Origin: Methanobacteriaceae archaeon
Lineage (GTDB): Archaea; Methanobacteriota; Methanobacteria; Methanobacteriales; Methanobacteriaceae
Assembly (NCBI GenBank): GCA_030693105.1
Contig: JAUYBK010000070.1
Location: 1 to 34,065 of the forward strand
Direction of reading: 5' to 3'
DNA: 34,065 bases
Below, piece after piece: positions 11,821-26,646 of this stretch. The notes below the pieces were generated by a model that ran no database searches, was not told the origin of the DNA, and saw nothing but the letters and a program-made list of their open reading frames with translations. Position 1 is the stretch's first letter; each line of letters begins with the position of its first letter. A program made the position numbers and the translations under genes.

Positions 11821-12633
11821 TTAGTGTTCCTCCTCTTTAGGCCACATCCCACCCCATTCCATGGAGGCTGCTTCTTCTTTTGAGGCTTCTAAGAAGGCTC
11901 TAATGGATATGAACCAGGCGATGGCACCGATGATGGTAATTACCCACCATGAGTTGTTGAATCCCATTGCTAAGAGTCCCACTATGGTCATGGATATGAA
12001 ACCTGTGGATGCTGCCAGTTTGAGAGTTCTGACCCGATTTTCTTGGGGTCCTAAACAGGCGTTGAATGGGTGTTGGATAGCCATGGTACACATTATGAAG
12101 AGCAGTGCTATGAATCCAGTGGATACCACTGATTTCAAGATAGCGGGCATGGCTAAGCTTCCAGCAATGGCTGCTGAAAATCCTAGGACCGCTATTGAAG
12201 CAGCTCCGGCCAGTTCCATTGTACCGGTAACCAGGACAGGAATCTTCATTCCTACAATCTTTTTACCTACCAGGGCCACTATTCCACCTAATATAACAGC
12301 CAGAACTATTCCCATTAAAGGTGCTAATAGAACGTAGGCTGGGCCTATCATTACACCACCGGCCAGACCAGCCAAGACACCTATGATGGCTATGGCCAGT
12401 GACATGTAACCAATGGAAGGTACACCAGTACCTAAACCGTAACTGGCTACTCGGGCTATGGCGTCTGCGCCCCAAATTATTCCACAAACAGCTCCTAATG
12501 CAGCTAAGAGTGGTCCTAATATAGGGTTAAATGGTGTGGCGTAAATACCTATAATTCCGCCTATTACTCCCAATGCTAAAATCTTTTTAGGGTCGACTGC
12601 GGATACACCGCCTCCACCTGCTGCTACTGACAT
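11821..12633 (-). CDS. mtrC: Mtr subunit C
   Basis: RVASYGLGTGVPSIG and HPFNACLGP motifs; multi-TM. Confidence 0.97.
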   Translation of the reverse strand: MSVAAGGGGVSAVDPKKILALGVIGGIIGIYATPFNPILGPLLAALGAVCGIIWGADAIARVASYGLGTGVPSIGYMSLAIAIIGVLAGLAGGVMIGPAYVLLAPLMGIVLAVILGGIVALVGKKIVGMKIPVLVTGTMELAGAASIAVLGFSAAIAGSLAMPAILKSVVSTGFIALLFIMCTMAIQHPFNACLGPQENRVRTLKLAASTGFISMTIVGLLAMGFNNSWWVITIIGAIAWFISIRAFLEASKEEAASMEWGGMWPKEEEH

Positions 12634-13358
12634 TAGAAGACACCTCCTTCAAGTAGTAATACTCCGATTAATCCAGTCACCAGGGATACTACCAGACATG
12701 CTAAAGCTCCCTTGGGAATCCTTTTGAATTTAGGGTCGTGGAAACCTTCGATAGTTCCTCCTATGTTGTAGGATGCTACCACCGCGTTGATAAAGAACAA
12801 GCCTAGGGCAAATATTCCGGCAACCATGGCGGCAACTATGGAAGTTTGTCCAGCCACCAGTGGAGCGTAAGCAGGTAAGGTGACCAGTGATTCGTAGACC
12901 GCCCAGTAGGCCAGTCCACCACCAATTCCACCTAAAAGTCCACCTATTACTCCACTTACGTAACATACGGTGGGTATACCGTGTCCTTCCGTACCGGGGG
13001 TTACGTATTTGTCTTGATTATATCCAGTTATGGGGTCGGTATTCACTTTTGCTGATGCAGGTACAATTCCTACACCCCATACGTATACCCAGTTACCTAC
13101 CAGCATGGTTACGGCCATCATTAAAGCTGCACCAACAGCTCCTGCGGCTAAGATTAACCATAGTGGAGATCCGGTCATGGCTGCGGCTGTGATAAGTCCG
13201 GTCATACCGCTTCCTGCAGCGAGCATGGCGGTACCGGTTCCAACACCTGTTGCTGTGGCTATAGCTGCTGGAGCACCACCCACTGGTATGAAGTGTACAC
13301 CTCCACCAATGAGGATACCCGCGGCTGTTACAGCCCCGATCATTATTAATGGGTCCAT
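12633..13358 (-). CDS. mtrD: Mtr subunit D
   Basis: [38 protein letters not shown]. Confidence 0.97.
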   Translation of the reverse strand: MDPLIMIGAVTAAGILIGGGVHFIPVGGAPAAIATATGVGTGTAMLAAGSGMTGLITAAAMTGSPLWLILAAGAVGAALMMAVTMLVGNWVYVWGVGIVPASAKVNTDPITGYNQDKYVTPGTEGHGIPTVCYVSGVIGGLLGGIGGGLAYWAVYESLVTLPAYAPLVAGQTSIVAAMVAGIFALGLFFINAVVASYNIGGTIEGFHDPKFKRIPKGALACLVVSLVTGLIGVLLLEGGVF

Positions 13359-13370
13359 TATAAAACCTCC

Positions 13371-14252
13371 TTACTCATTGTATGGTCCATATTTGTTTCT
13401 GGCAAATACTTCGACTCGGTTGTTGATGTAGATCAATAGTAAGATTATCACTGCAGTGACCAGCACACCTCCCGCAGCTCCGAAGACGATTGTTGCCCAG
13501 AAGCTAAGGAATACTATTAATCCAAAACAGAATCCTGTAACTGGTCCACCAAACTTGGCACAGAAGTAAACAACATCTATTGAGTTCCGGGCACCAAGTT
13601 CGGCGTTTCTTGTTATGTCACCGTGAATTGCAACTGGAATACCTCCACCGAAGGGGTAAGTCTGGTATTCTCTTTCAGCACCGTAGTGAACGTCACCAGT
13701 GGATGAGCCTATGGCACCGATGGTTATACCCCACAGAACTGCCAGCAAAGGCAGAGCGAATGGGTGATTAAAGCCAGTTATGGGTAATGTCATCAGGTAT
13801 GATAATCCTACTATACAGAACGTTGCGATAAATCCGTGGCCAGCTATTGGTCCTAAGTGTTGGGTAACCACATCCAGGAATACCGGTTGGTTAAATTGTG
13901 CTTGACTTACGATCCGTCCCAAGTGGGAAGTAGTGGCGAAAGCCGCGTGGACTAGAGCTGCTATGGCGGCACCTGAAGCAATTGACAGTATAACAGGTAA
14001 ATTTAATGCTCCAATGAAAACGAATGCGAGTGAACCTGCTATTCCTGCAAGTGTACCCATTTGTACGGGTTCACCAGAAATAGCCTTGTTGAACATTCTG
14101 TGAAGGTTGCCCATCTGGGGTGCTAGTTGTACCTGGGAGTTGGGGTTACTCATAGATCCAACATCAGATTCCAGGTCCTCTGCGGCACCAGCAATGGTAG
14201 CAGCAGCGCCAATAAGAGCAACAACACCTAATCCTGCTATCATAGGGTCCAT
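13371..14252 (-). CDS. mtrE: Mtr subunit E (Na+-translocating)
   Basis: AEDLESDVGSMSNPNSQVQLAPQMG and SSTGDVHYGAE motifs. Confidence 0.98.
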   Translation of the reverse strand: MDPMIAGLGVVALIGAAATIAGAAEDLESDVGSMSNPNSQVQLAPQMGNLHRMFNKAISGEPVQMGTLAGIAGSLAFVFIGALNLPVILSIASGAAIAALVHAAFATTSHLGRIVSQAQFNQPVFLDVVTQHLGPIAGHGFIATFCIVGLSYLMTLPITGFNHPFALPLLAVLWGITIGAIGSSTGDVHYGAEREYQTYPFGGGIPVAIHGDITRNAELGARNSIDVVYFCAKFGGPVTGFCFGLIVFLSFWATIVFGAAGGVLVTAVIILLLIYINNRVEVFARNKYGPYNE

Positions 14253-14275
14253 ATAATTTCCTCCTTTTTTTTAAA

Positions 14276-14306
14276 TAAATAAAAAAAAATAGGTGTTTGG
14301 TAACAC

Positions 14307-14312
<6 letters not shown>
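14276..14312 (-). terminator. Hairpin and U-tract between mcrA and mtrE
   Basis: Perfect 11-bp stem AAATAGGTGTT-TGGT-AACACCTATTT (14287-14312) containing the mcrA stop, followed by a T run on the minus strand. Confidence 0.8.
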
Positions 14313-15959
<1,647 letters not shown>

Positions 15960-15971
15960 TTTTTTCACCTC

Positions 15972-16721
15972 TTATTCGGGCATGAACCCGCCCTGAGATC
16001 GGGATACGTGTATTCTCTGCAGTACTTCTACTGCGTCAGCATCGTCCCGGTACGCTTCACCATCTTTACGGTAAATGGTGGTCTTATCTTTAAGGGTGGC
16101 TTCGTCCAGTGGTTCTCCCATTACGATTGGTTCATCCAATTCATCACCAATCTGGTTTTTGACAGCTTCCACTTTACCGGTGGACTTGTTCATGACAAGC
16201 CTTCGAAGCATGTCGAACATCATACCGTCTTCATCTAACCTGAGGGAGTGACCGTGTACAGTCTTACCCCTGATTCCAGTACGGCCAGGGTCAAACCATT
16301 CGGTTTCTAAAAGTTCCTTGGAGTATTTTTCCAGGTCCCTTTCTCTGGTTTCCAGAATCTGTCGTCCAGAGAGAGTACCGGCGTCGGCTCCACGGAACCT
16401 GCACAGGTATGATCTGGACCTCACGAATGGGTGGGCTGGAGCAAAGTACATCGAGTCGGTAAATTGTATATATCGGACTCGGTCACCAGCTTTTGCACCG
16501 TCTAGTGGCGCCACCATTTCTCGAATGGCGTCGTCTGGTTCATCCATCTCTTCTAGAGGTGGGTGTACACTGGGGTATTCCTCACCGGGGGCCCGGTGTC
16601 CCAGAATGTTCACTACATCCTCGTCGGAGATTTCCCTGAGCTTTTCTAATTCGTAGTCAGGGTTACTAAAATTTCTTCGGTTTTGAGCAACCTTAGTTGT
16701 TCCAGGATAATATTGTGCCAT
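15972..16721 (-). CDS. mcrG: MCR gamma subunit
   Basis: MAQYYPG, GTLSGRQ, TVHGHSLRLDEDGMMFD; start ATG 16721. Confidence 0.99.
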   Translation of the reverse strand: MAQYYPGTTKVAQNRRNFSNPDYELEKLREISDEDVVNILGHRAPGEEYPSVHPPLEEMDEPDDAIREMVAPLDGAKAGDRVRYIQFTDSMYFAPAHPFVRSRSYLCRFRGADAGTLSGRQILETRERDLEKYSKELLETEWFDPGRTGIRGKTVHGHSLRLDEDGMMFDMLRRLVMNKSTGKVEAVKNQIGDELDEPIVMGEPLDEATLKDKTTIYRKDGEAYRDDADAVEVLQRIHVSRSQGGFMPE

Positions 16722-16723
16722 AT

Positions 16724-17320
<597 letters not shown>

Positions 17321-17322
17321 GT

Positions 17323-17760
17323 TTACTTGTCCTTTTTGATTATTTTAGCTCTTTCGCTTAGTTGTGCGTTTTGATCAGTTAAACCGACCATTTCATTAGG
17401 TATGTCCTTGAGTTCGTCCCCGTATTTTATTCCATCGGAGACGGTTTTTTGTTTCCTTATAAAGGTTCCAACGTGTACGTTGAAGCCGTGTGGAAGGTTC
17501 TCCTTGCAAATCTCTTTAACTTCTTCTATGGTCTCTTCTTCCTCAATTTCTAAAAGAACTCGGCCTGTTTTAACTTGCAGGTCTACCTTTTCACCTTTAA
17601 CCATAATAGTTCGGCGATCAGAGTGTCCTTGTTCAGTGGGAGGAAGTCTAGGTCCATGTACAACCATCCGTTTAACACCGTCCAGGTCTTCGAGGTCGTT
17701 TAACAACTTCTCAGTGGTATCGGCGCCTAATAATCTGTGTGGAAATATTTCGATGTCCAT
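17323..17760 (-). CDS. mcrD: MCR operon protein D
   Basis: IEIFPHRLL...[23 protein letters not shown]. Confidence 0.97.
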   Translation of the reverse strand: MDIEIFPHRLLGADTTEKLLNDLEDLDGVKRMVVHGPRLPPTEQGHSDRRTIMVKGEKVDLQVKTGRVLLEIEEEETIEEVKEICKENLPHGFNVHVGTFIRKQKTVSDGIKYGDELKDIPNEMVGLTDQNAQLSERAKIIKKDK

Positions 17761-17793
17761 TTATTTATTTACCCCCAAATTTGGATTTTTTCT

Positions 17794-19279
<1,486 letters not shown>

Positions 19280-19387
19280 GATCCAAGTAGAAAGATTTAT
19301 ATGTAGACACAATCCAGGGTTTCACCCCGTAGTTAACCAAGCGATCTTTATAAAAAACCACCAAAAAATCACTTATTTTATATATAT

Positions 19388-20656
19388 ATGGACATAGTAG
19401 ATAGCACGCAAATAATTGCAGACGTAGGTGGAATACCCGGTAAAAACTGTCGGGGCTTCTGTAAATACTGTTATTTTAGAAAAGTGACAGGTGAAGATCC
19501 TTTGGGGTGCAGAAATTGCTTGCCCGGCAGAGTGGGTTGTGAAAGTTGTACCAATGGGATCCGGGAAAATAAAAACGAATTTTTACCCCCCTTTCTGGTT
19601 TTAGGATCATTGCAAAACTCGTTGATGATGGGTAACTATCATGATAACGATTTAAAGATCAACATCAGTGGTGGTGGAGATTTAAGCTGCTACCCCCACC
19701 TTTTAGACCTCACTTCTGCCATTTCACAGTGGAATATTCCTATCCATCTGGGTTACACCAGTGGAAAAGGTATTGATGACCCCCAAATGGCCCGAGACCT
19801 CTTATCCCACGGAGTTGAAGAAGTAACTTTCACTGTGTTTTCAACCAATTCTAACCTCCGGAAGAAATGGATGAGCGACCCTACCCCTCAAGAATCTCTA
19901 GAGGCCTTAAAAATTTTCTGCGAAGGATCCCAAGTCCACGCTGCAGCAGTTCTAGTGCCGGGAGTTAACGATGGGGAAGAATTACGGAAGACTTGTCAGG
20001 ACCTGGAAGAATGGGGTGCCCGTGCATTGATACTGATGCGGTTCGCCAACTATCGTGACCAGGGACTTATACTTGGCAATGAACCCCTTATAGACGGATT
20101 AGAACCCCACCACGTCCCGGAATTTGATCAACTGGTGCGGGAGATAGATAAGGACTTTAATCTGCGGGTTACCGGGACTCCCGTTTGTGATCCTGAAAAT
20201 GACTCACCCTTTGCACTGGTTTTAGAAAAAAATCATAAGTATCTGAATATATTATCAGAAGTAGTTTCTGAGGCCACTGTAGTTTCTGGTCGGATATCTG
20301 CTCCCTACCTAGAACGGGTATTCGAACTTATTGGGGCATCGAACCTGGTAAACGTGGTTCCAGTAGAACAGGATATAAGCTGTCTCATTACGGAATACGA
20401 TTTGGAAAACCTGGACCTTAAAGATCTAAAAGAAACTGTTTTAATACCTGGCCGGGCCTTTGTACACTATAAAAGGGCTGAAGAGATTCTAACCCGCGAT
20501 GGGGTAGATAGAATAGTGGCCCGTGGCCCAGAAAAGCTCACCGTTGATGGTGAGATGAGTGGTACCCTGAGCCGAGAAGACGTTTTGAAAAAGGAGTTAA
20601 TAGGCTTTGAAGATCTGATTGAAGCCATAAATTTCTTTGGAGTCAGGAAGAAATAA
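19388..20656 (+). CDS. mmp10: McrA arginine C-methyltransferase (B12-dependent radical SAM; marker protein 10)
   Basis: CRGFCKYC radical-SAM motif, CRNC...CESC iron loop, HLGYTSGKG, RGPEKLTVDGEMS; divergent from mcrB as usual. Confidence 0.96.
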   Translation: MDIVDSTQIIADVGGIPGKNCRGFCKYCYFRKVTGEDPLGCRNCLPGRVGCESCTNGIRENKNEFLPPFLVLGSLQNSLMMGNYHDNDLKINISGGGDLSCYPHLLDLTSAISQWNIPIHLGYTSGKGIDDPQMARDLLSHGVEEVTFTVFSTNSNLRKKWMSDPTPQESLEALKIFCEGSQVHAAAVLVPGVNDGEELRKTCQDLEEWGARALILMRFANYRDQGLILGNEPLIDGLEPHHVPEFDQLVREIDKDFNLRVTGTPVCDPENDSPFALVLEKNHKYLNILSEVVSEATVVSGRISAPYLERVFELIGASNLVNVVPVEQDISCLITEYDLENLDLKDLKETVLIPGRAFVHYKRAEEILTRDGVDRIVARGPEKLTVDGEMSGTLSREDVLKKELIGFEDLIEAINFFGVRKK

Positions 20657-20680
20657 TAAAATTCTAATGCGTTACGGAGT

Positions 20681-21313
<633 letters not shown>

Positions 21314-21383
21314 ACTTCCCATTATTTGAAATGACAGAGAAAATAATACTAAAAAAATCCATTATAAAATAAATCATTGGAAA

Positions 21384-22460
21384 TTAATTATCATTTTTAA
21401 GATTTAAGAGAGTTATTTCACACCGGGATCCCCACCTCATTGGCGGCCCCCAAGTACCAGTGCCCGGGGAAACGTGGAGGGAAGAACTACCCAACTGGTA
21501 GAATCCCCCCAGATAGGGGAATCTTAAGCGGACCAGGAGGTTGAAGGGAAAGAACTGGCCGTCGTGGGTGTGGCCCGAAAGCTGCAAATCAACACCGGCA
21601 TCTTTTGCCACCACAAAATCATCGGGTAAATGATATAATAATACCGTTGGCTTATCACTATCAATTTTCAGAGATTCCAGAGTCTTTTTAAGATGCCCAC
21701 TTCTATAGGAATAGTCCACTCCCACGATCTGGAGTCCGGCCCATTGGACTACTTTGTTCCGGAGTAGCTGAATTTTAGTGAGAGAAATAGCATTAAAAAC
21801 CTCATTTAAGCCCTGAAAATAGTCGTGATTACCAGGTGTAAAAAATACGGGGGATTCAAATTTATTTAAAGCCGTTATAATGTTTTCATTTATTCTTGAA
21901 CTGCCATCAAATAAATCTCCAGTTATGAATAGTACGTCTGGATTTAACTGGTTGCATTTAGAAACCACGTTCTCCAAGTAGGATGAATTACGTATAGGGC
22001 CCAGGTGAACATCACTCAACTGCACCACCCGAATTTCTTTATTTAAACCAGGTATAATAACATCAGATTCTTTTACATTTATTTTAAATGCATTGAAAAT
22101 GGAATAACCACTTACCAGAATAGTGATGGTAACAATAATCGCTCCGGCCACCATGCTTGGAATTTTAAAGAACACCGACAGTAGCTGGTATATTATTATA
22201 CCCCAGAGTAGGAAGAAAGCCACCCCTACCCACGATGAAGCCAGGGTGTAAAAGAAGCCACTAAATCTGTTGGATAGACTAAGTTCTAAGATGGCTGCAA
22301 CAGGGTATAATATGGACATCGAAACTACCAACAGGTAAAAATCTCCATTTTGGGGAAGAACAAATAAGTTTCCCAGCACGTGGAATATATAGTAATTAAG
22401 GGCCAGAAGCCCCAAAAAGAACACTGAAACAAAGCCAATAAGTTGTAAAAACCTTTTCAT
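21384..22460 (-). CDS. Membrane-anchored calcineurin-like metallophosphoesterase
   Basis: Four N-terminal TM helices; SDVH, TGDLFD, GNHD, LYH, SGHTH motifs. Confidence 0.92.
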   Translation of the reverse strand: MKRFLQLIGFVSVFFLGLLALNYYIFHVLGNLFVLPQNGDFYLLVVSMSILYPVAAILELSLSNRFSGFFYTLASSWVGVAFFLLWGIIIYQLLSVFFKIPSMVAGAIIVTITILVSGYSIFNAFKINVKESDVIIPGLNKEIRVVQLSDVHLGPIRNSSYLENVVSKCNQLNPDVLFITGDLFDGSSRINENIITALNKFESPVFFTPGNHDYFQGLNEVFNAISLTKIQLLRNKVVQWAGLQIVGVDYSYRSGHLKKTLESLKIDSDKPTVLLYHLPDDFVVAKDAGVDLQLSGHTHDGQFFPFNLLVRLRFPYLGGFYQLGSSSLHVSPGTGTWGPPMRWGSRCEITLLNLKNDN

Positions 22461-22522
22461 AAGGAGTTCCTCAATGGAGGGTATACTAAAAAATTTCTGA
22501 CTCCTTTAAAATACTTTTATCA

Positions 22523-23482
22523 TCATTTGGCCTCAGAAACGGCTTTATCAGAATTTTCTTGCCCTAAAGGTTCCACTATGGATGTTTCAGACAGTAATTT
22601 GACCAAAATGTAGTTGTACATTAAAGAACGCTTTATATCAGCAATATCAGCTAAAATGTAATCCTGCACCACTACATTGGCTATTTCCTCATGGTACAGA
22701 TCATAATCCAGTTTTACCCTGACTCCGTCCAGTTGGCTTACCACTGGCGCCGGAGAATACACTTTTTTAATGGAAGGGACCTGATTTTCTATTTCCGTTT
22801 TAACCAGAATAGACGGAACAATAGGTGGGTCATCCCCCATTTCACTTCTCCGAGTGTTTATAATATCCTCGACTACTTCCGCCAGCTTCTTGAGGGCCCT
22901 GATATTTTCTCCCCTCTTCAAACGGCGAGGTATTCTGCCCAGCCCGCTTACATAAGCATCAGCACCGGGTAGATCGTTAACGTCAATTTCGGGAGCCCCC
23001 GTTACCACTACCGAGATTTCCAAGTCATCAAAAAGGTGAATTTTGTTTTTAATACACTCCTGGAAGCTTCCCAGGGCAAATACTGCCAGGTCATGCTCTT
23101 CAATGAGTTTTTTTTCGTCTTCAGATATGCGTGATATGCCCTTGCCTGCCCCCCTCTGGAGGCCTATCATATTGTCTTTGGCCCCGTAGCGGCGCAAGTA
23201 TTCGGAGATATCACATGCCGAGTGGGGTAGGTGCTGCCGCGCCAGAGTTGGTGAAACAATTGCTAATTCTGTTCCAGCCATAGGGGCCAGTTTAACTTTT
23301 CCCAGGAGTTCATGGGCTTTTTCCTGGACTTTTTCCACATCTTCCACCGGAACGGCCAGGGTTAAAACCAGGTCCATTTGACTGACAGTTTCCTGAAGTA
23401 CAAATCCGCCCAGATCTTCAATAAGTTCCTTCATCTCCTCGTGCTTGTGCACTCCTCCAGTATACGTCAGAGTTTCGTACAT
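22523..23482 (-). CDS. mmp7: Methanogenesis marker protein 7 (McrC-related, MCR activation complex)
   Basis: [18 protein letters not shown] and [22 protein letters not shown] motifs. Confidence 0.92.
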   Translation of the reverse strand: MYETLTYTGGVHKHEEMKELIEDLGGFVLQETVSQMDLVLTLAVPVEDVEKVQEKAHELLGKVKLAPMAGTELAIVSPTLARQHLPHSACDISEYLRRYGAKDNMIGLQRGAGKGISRISEDEKKLIEEHDLAVFALGSFQECIKNKIHLFDDLEISVVVTGAPEIDVNDLPGADAYVSGLGRIPRRLKRGENIRALKKLAEVVEDIINTRRSEMGDDPPIVPSILVKTEIENQVPSIKKVYSPAPVVSQLDGVRVKLDYDLYHEEIANVVVQDYILADIADIKRSLMYNYILVKLLSETSIVEPLGQENSDKAVSEAK

Positions 23483-23991
23483 AATCTTTTCTCCAGGATA
23501 TTATACCTCAACTGAGCCCTTTCCAGGGGATTGGTGGGCACATTTTTATGAGAAGGGATTTCAACTGCCCGATCCCCCATATCTCGTATTTCCTCAGATA
23601 TTTCATCATGAATGTAATCCGGATAGACCATGAAGTCCGCCTCCGTTTCTACCATTGCAAACCCCATGTCCATTACTATGTCCTTAAGAAAATTAGAGTA
23701 AACCTTAACTTTTATTTTTTTCCTTTCCTCGATTTTTCCTGGAAAAACTTCCACCAACGAATCTAATATAACCGGGGAAGTACCCATTTTCTCGGCCACC
23801 CGGTCAATGCTGTTTTTTATCTGGGTGAAAGTATTAAGTTTAATCTTTAATGCCGGTTTTTCCGTATTGGTTTCCGATAATACCACTGCTAAATCCGCGT
23901 CCGTATAATCTGGAGTTTCGGAAACCATGAAATTGGATACACCCGCCATTTCAACTACTTCCCTGCACAGGGGAGTGGTGACTATTTTCAT
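23467..23991 (-). CDS. Hypothetical soluble protein overlapping the mmp7 start
   Basis: 174-aa ATG ORF with a TATA box about 27 nt upstream and a 16-bp overlap with mmp7. Confidence 0.8.
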   Translation of the reverse strand: MKIVTTPLCREVVEMAGVSNFMVSETPDYTDADLAVVLSETNTEKPALKIKLNTFTQIKNSIDRVAEKMGTSPVILDSLVEVFPGKIEERKKIKVKVYSNFLKDIVMDMGFAMVETEADFMVYPDYIHDEISEEIRDMGDRAVEIPSHKNVPTNPLERAQLRYNILEKRLCTKL

Positions 23992-24045
23992 GTTAGATCA
24001 ACTGATGGAGCTTGCTATTATAAATATGTTAAAGAAGTATGTCAA

Positions 24046-24148
24046 ATGGAGGGTTTAGTAAGATGCGATTAATGCGAAAATCCCCATTATTAGGTTTAAA
24101 AATACGAAATACTGGTGTTTAGAATGCTTTACAACAATATTTATATAA
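24046..24148 (+). pseudogene. Possible degenerate zinc-finger microprotein gene
   Basis: MEGLVRCD*CENP/IIRFKNTKYWCLECFTTIFI* with one TAA (24070) and one frameshift (about 24085); CxxC...CxxC pattern. Confidence 0.4.
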
Positions 24149-24209
24149 CATAATGAAAAGATCAGTGCCTATCAAGACCATTTAATTTGGTCTTAAGGAT
24201 GTGAATGAA

Positions 24210-24419
24210 TTGTACGGTTCAGATGATAATAAACAGACCGCCCCCATTGCAGAGGGCGAAGAATATGAAGTTAAAATTGAAGACTTAGGTAAAGAAGGAG
24301 ACGGAATAACCCATGTAGATGGTTTTGTGGTATTTATACCAGACACCAAGGTCGGTGACGAAGTTAAAGTCAAAATCACTTCCGTGAGAAGAAGATTTGC
24401 CTTTGCTGAAAAAGTTTAA
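24210..24419 (+). CDS. Single TRAM-domain RNA chaperone
   Basis: [34 protein letters not shown]...FAFAE; TTG start after GGATGTG; TATA TTTATATA at 24140-24147. Confidence 0.93.
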   Translation: MYGSDDNKQTAPIAEGEEYEVKIEDLGKEGDGITHVDGFVVFIPDTKVGDEVKVKITSVRRRFAFAEKV

Positions 24420-24468
24420 AAAATAACCTAATCACTTATTTTTTCTTAATTCTATTTTTGGTGTACCC

Positions 24469-25137
24469 ATGCGTGTTTCCCTTACCATGGAACAATCCTA
24501 TCACAACGATGTTTGCATAATGGTAGACGTTCTAAGGGCCAGTACTTCCATCACCGTAGCTCTGGAAACCTTTCAGAAAGTTATACCGGCAAAGACCATT
24601 GATGATGCCCGGAATCTTTCCCAAGAACATGGGGCAGTTCTGGCTGGTGAACGCCAAGGGAAAACTATTGATAACTTTGAAGTTGGCAATTCTCCCGTTG
24701 ATATTGGTAGATTGGAAGGAGATAGCTTAGTACTAACCACCAGTAACGGCACCAGAATACTGGAAAACATGGGAGGCCACATTTTGATTGGTTCTTTTCT
24801 AAACGCCCAGGAAGTGGCCCGGAAAGCGTTAAATCTTGCTAACAGGCATATAGAAGTGGTTATGGCCGGAGTGATGGGCAGGTTTGCTATAGAAGATTTT
24901 TTAGGAGGGGGGGAAATAATATCCTACCTCCCGGGTGAAAATATGGATGAAATGGCCCAGGCAGCAGTTTTAGCTTTGGAAAATAAAGAAAAAGTAAACT
25001 ATGCAGTTGAAAACTGTATTTCAGCGCGTAATCTTCAGCAGCTAGGTTTTGGTCCCGATGTAGATTTTTGTCTACAAAGAAACCGGTCTCAAATAGTCCC
25101 GATTTACCGAAATAAAATTATCACCAGAAGTGAATGA
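24469..25137 (+). CDS. comB: 2-phosphosulfolactate phosphatase (coenzyme M biosynthesis)
   Basis: [30 protein letters not shown] motifs. Confidence 0.93.
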   Translation: MRVSLTMEQSYHNDVCIMVDVLRASTSITVALETFQKVIPAKTIDDARNLSQEHGAVLAGERQGKTIDNFEVGNSPVDIGRLEGDSLVLTTSNGTRILENMGGHILIGSFLNAQEVARKALNLANRHIEVVMAGVMGRFAIEDFLGGGEIISYLPGENMDEMAQAAVLALENKEKVNYAVENCISARNLQQLGFGPDVDFCLQRNRSQIVPIYRNKIITRSE

Positions 25138-25140
25138 CAA

Positions 25141-26298
25141 ATGCCTCCAGAAAAACTCCAGATCATAGGAACCGCACATGTATCCCAGAAAAGTGTGGAA
25201 GAAGTTAAAAATACCATCATGGAGAATGAGCCAGATATAGTGGCAGTGGAACTTTGTCCAGCTCGTTATCACAACATGATGAACGAAAAGGAGGGGAATG
25301 AAGATAAAAAGACCCCTCAAATTCGTGAAATTCTTAAAGGAAATAATTTAATTCTTTTTCTGGTCAGCGGATTCTTATCATATATGCAGAAGAAAATTGG
25401 AGACGATATGGGGGTTAAGCCCGGTGCGGAGATGATGGCAGCCATGGAAGCTGCTCAGGAAGTTGGAGCCCGGTTAGCATTAATAGACCGGGACATTCAA
25501 ATAACACTCCAAAGGGCTTTAAACCAAATGAGCGCGTGGGAGAAGTTGAAATTCTTCTACGGAATTCTGGGATCGTTTTTTTCTAAAGACGACCAGATAG
25601 AAGACCTAGAAAGTATTAAAGAAGGAGACACTCTGGCGGAGGTAATGGAATACTTCCAGAAAATGTCCCCCCAAGCATACCATGTTTTGGTGGATGAAAG
25701 AGATGCCTACATGGCCCAGATGTTACTAAACCAGGAGGGAAGTGTAGTGGCAGTGGTGGGTGCTGGCCACCAGGGAGGAATTGAGCATTACATGGAAAAC
25801 CCCCAGGAAATAACACCCTTATACGAGTTAAATCAGATAAATAAATCCCGTGTGCCATGGGGAAAACTGATATTATTTCTAATACCATTAATATTTATTA
25901 TAATATTCGTACTGGCTTTTTTAAAGGGAATTGACATCCAAATGAACCTACTGGAGTTTGTACTTTTAACGGGGGGTCTTTCGTTTGTCGGTTCAATATT
26001 GGCTGGCTCCAAAATTCCTTCAGCAGTCGTGGCATTTCTGGTAGCGCCCATTACTTCCCTCCACCCTCTTTTAGCCGCAGGATGGTTTGCAGGGATAGTA
26101 GAGGCAAAGCTGAGCCACGTTTCCATGGATGATGCTAGTAGTATAGGTAAATGCAACAGTTTTAAAGAACTTTGGAAAAACAAGCTATTCCGTGTGCTCT
26201 TGGTGGTATTGGGGGCCAATATAGGGTGCACTATTGGCACTTTTCTATCTATCCCCCACGTTATATTTCCCCTTTTTAGCAAATTAATGGGTGGCTAA
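25141..26298 (+). CDS. TraB/GumN (TIKI-like) family protein with C-terminal TM helices
   Basis: [42 protein letters not shown]. Confidence 0.92.
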   Translation: MPPEKLQIIGTAHVSQKSVEEVKNTIMENEPDIVAVELCPARYHNMMNEKEGNEDKKTPQIREILKGNNLILFLVSGFLSYMQKKIGDDMGVKPGAEMMAAMEAAQEVGARLALIDRDIQITLQRALNQMSAWEKLKFFYGILGSFFSKDDQIEDLESIKEGDTLAEVMEYFQKMSPQAYHVLVDERDAYMAQMLLNQEGSVVAVVGAGHQGGIEHYMENPQEITPLYELNQINKSRVPWGKLILFLIPLIFIIIFVLAFLKGIDIQMNLLEFVLLTGGLSFVGSILAGSKIPSAVVAFLVAPITSLHPLLAAGWFAGIVEAKLSHVSMDDASSIGKCNSFKELWKNKLFRVLLVVLGANIGCTIGTFLSIPHVIFPLFSKLMGG

Positions 26299-26404
26299 AT
26301 TTTTTATGCTCATCTATTTTAAGGGGGGAATTCTATTAACATCAACGATTTTAAAAGATCAGTAACTGGTATATCTTAAAAAGATTGAATTAAAGGTTGA
26401 TTAC

Positions 26405-26617
26405 ATGTACATCATCTTCCGGTGCGACTGTGGGCGTGTGAACTACTCAAAAAAAGGATTTAAGACCAGAAAGTGCGTTTGTGGTAAGAACCTGAAAGTT
26501 AAAGATAGAAGGATTATGGGGGAAGCCCAAAACCCTCGGGAAGCATCAGAAATGGTTCGAAAGCTTCAGGAAGAGATTTATGGCGGGGCTATTCTTACCA
26601 CCGCAGATAAATTTTGA
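26405..26617 (+). CDS. Small zinc-ribbon protein (DUF1922-like)
   Basis: YIIFRCDCGR...TRKCVCGK.LKVK pattern. Confidence 0.8.
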   Translation: MYIIFRCDCGRVNYSKKGFKTRKCVCGKNLKVKDRRIMGEAQNPREASEMVRKLQEEIYGGAILTTADKF

Positions 26618-26646
26618 TTAAATAAACTCCCAAAAGCCGGTTTGTC

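Noticed and set aside
24039-24122. 27-aa ORF MSNGGFSKMRLMRK...
   Set aside because: No SD or motif; the zinc-finger reading of the same DNA is more informative.
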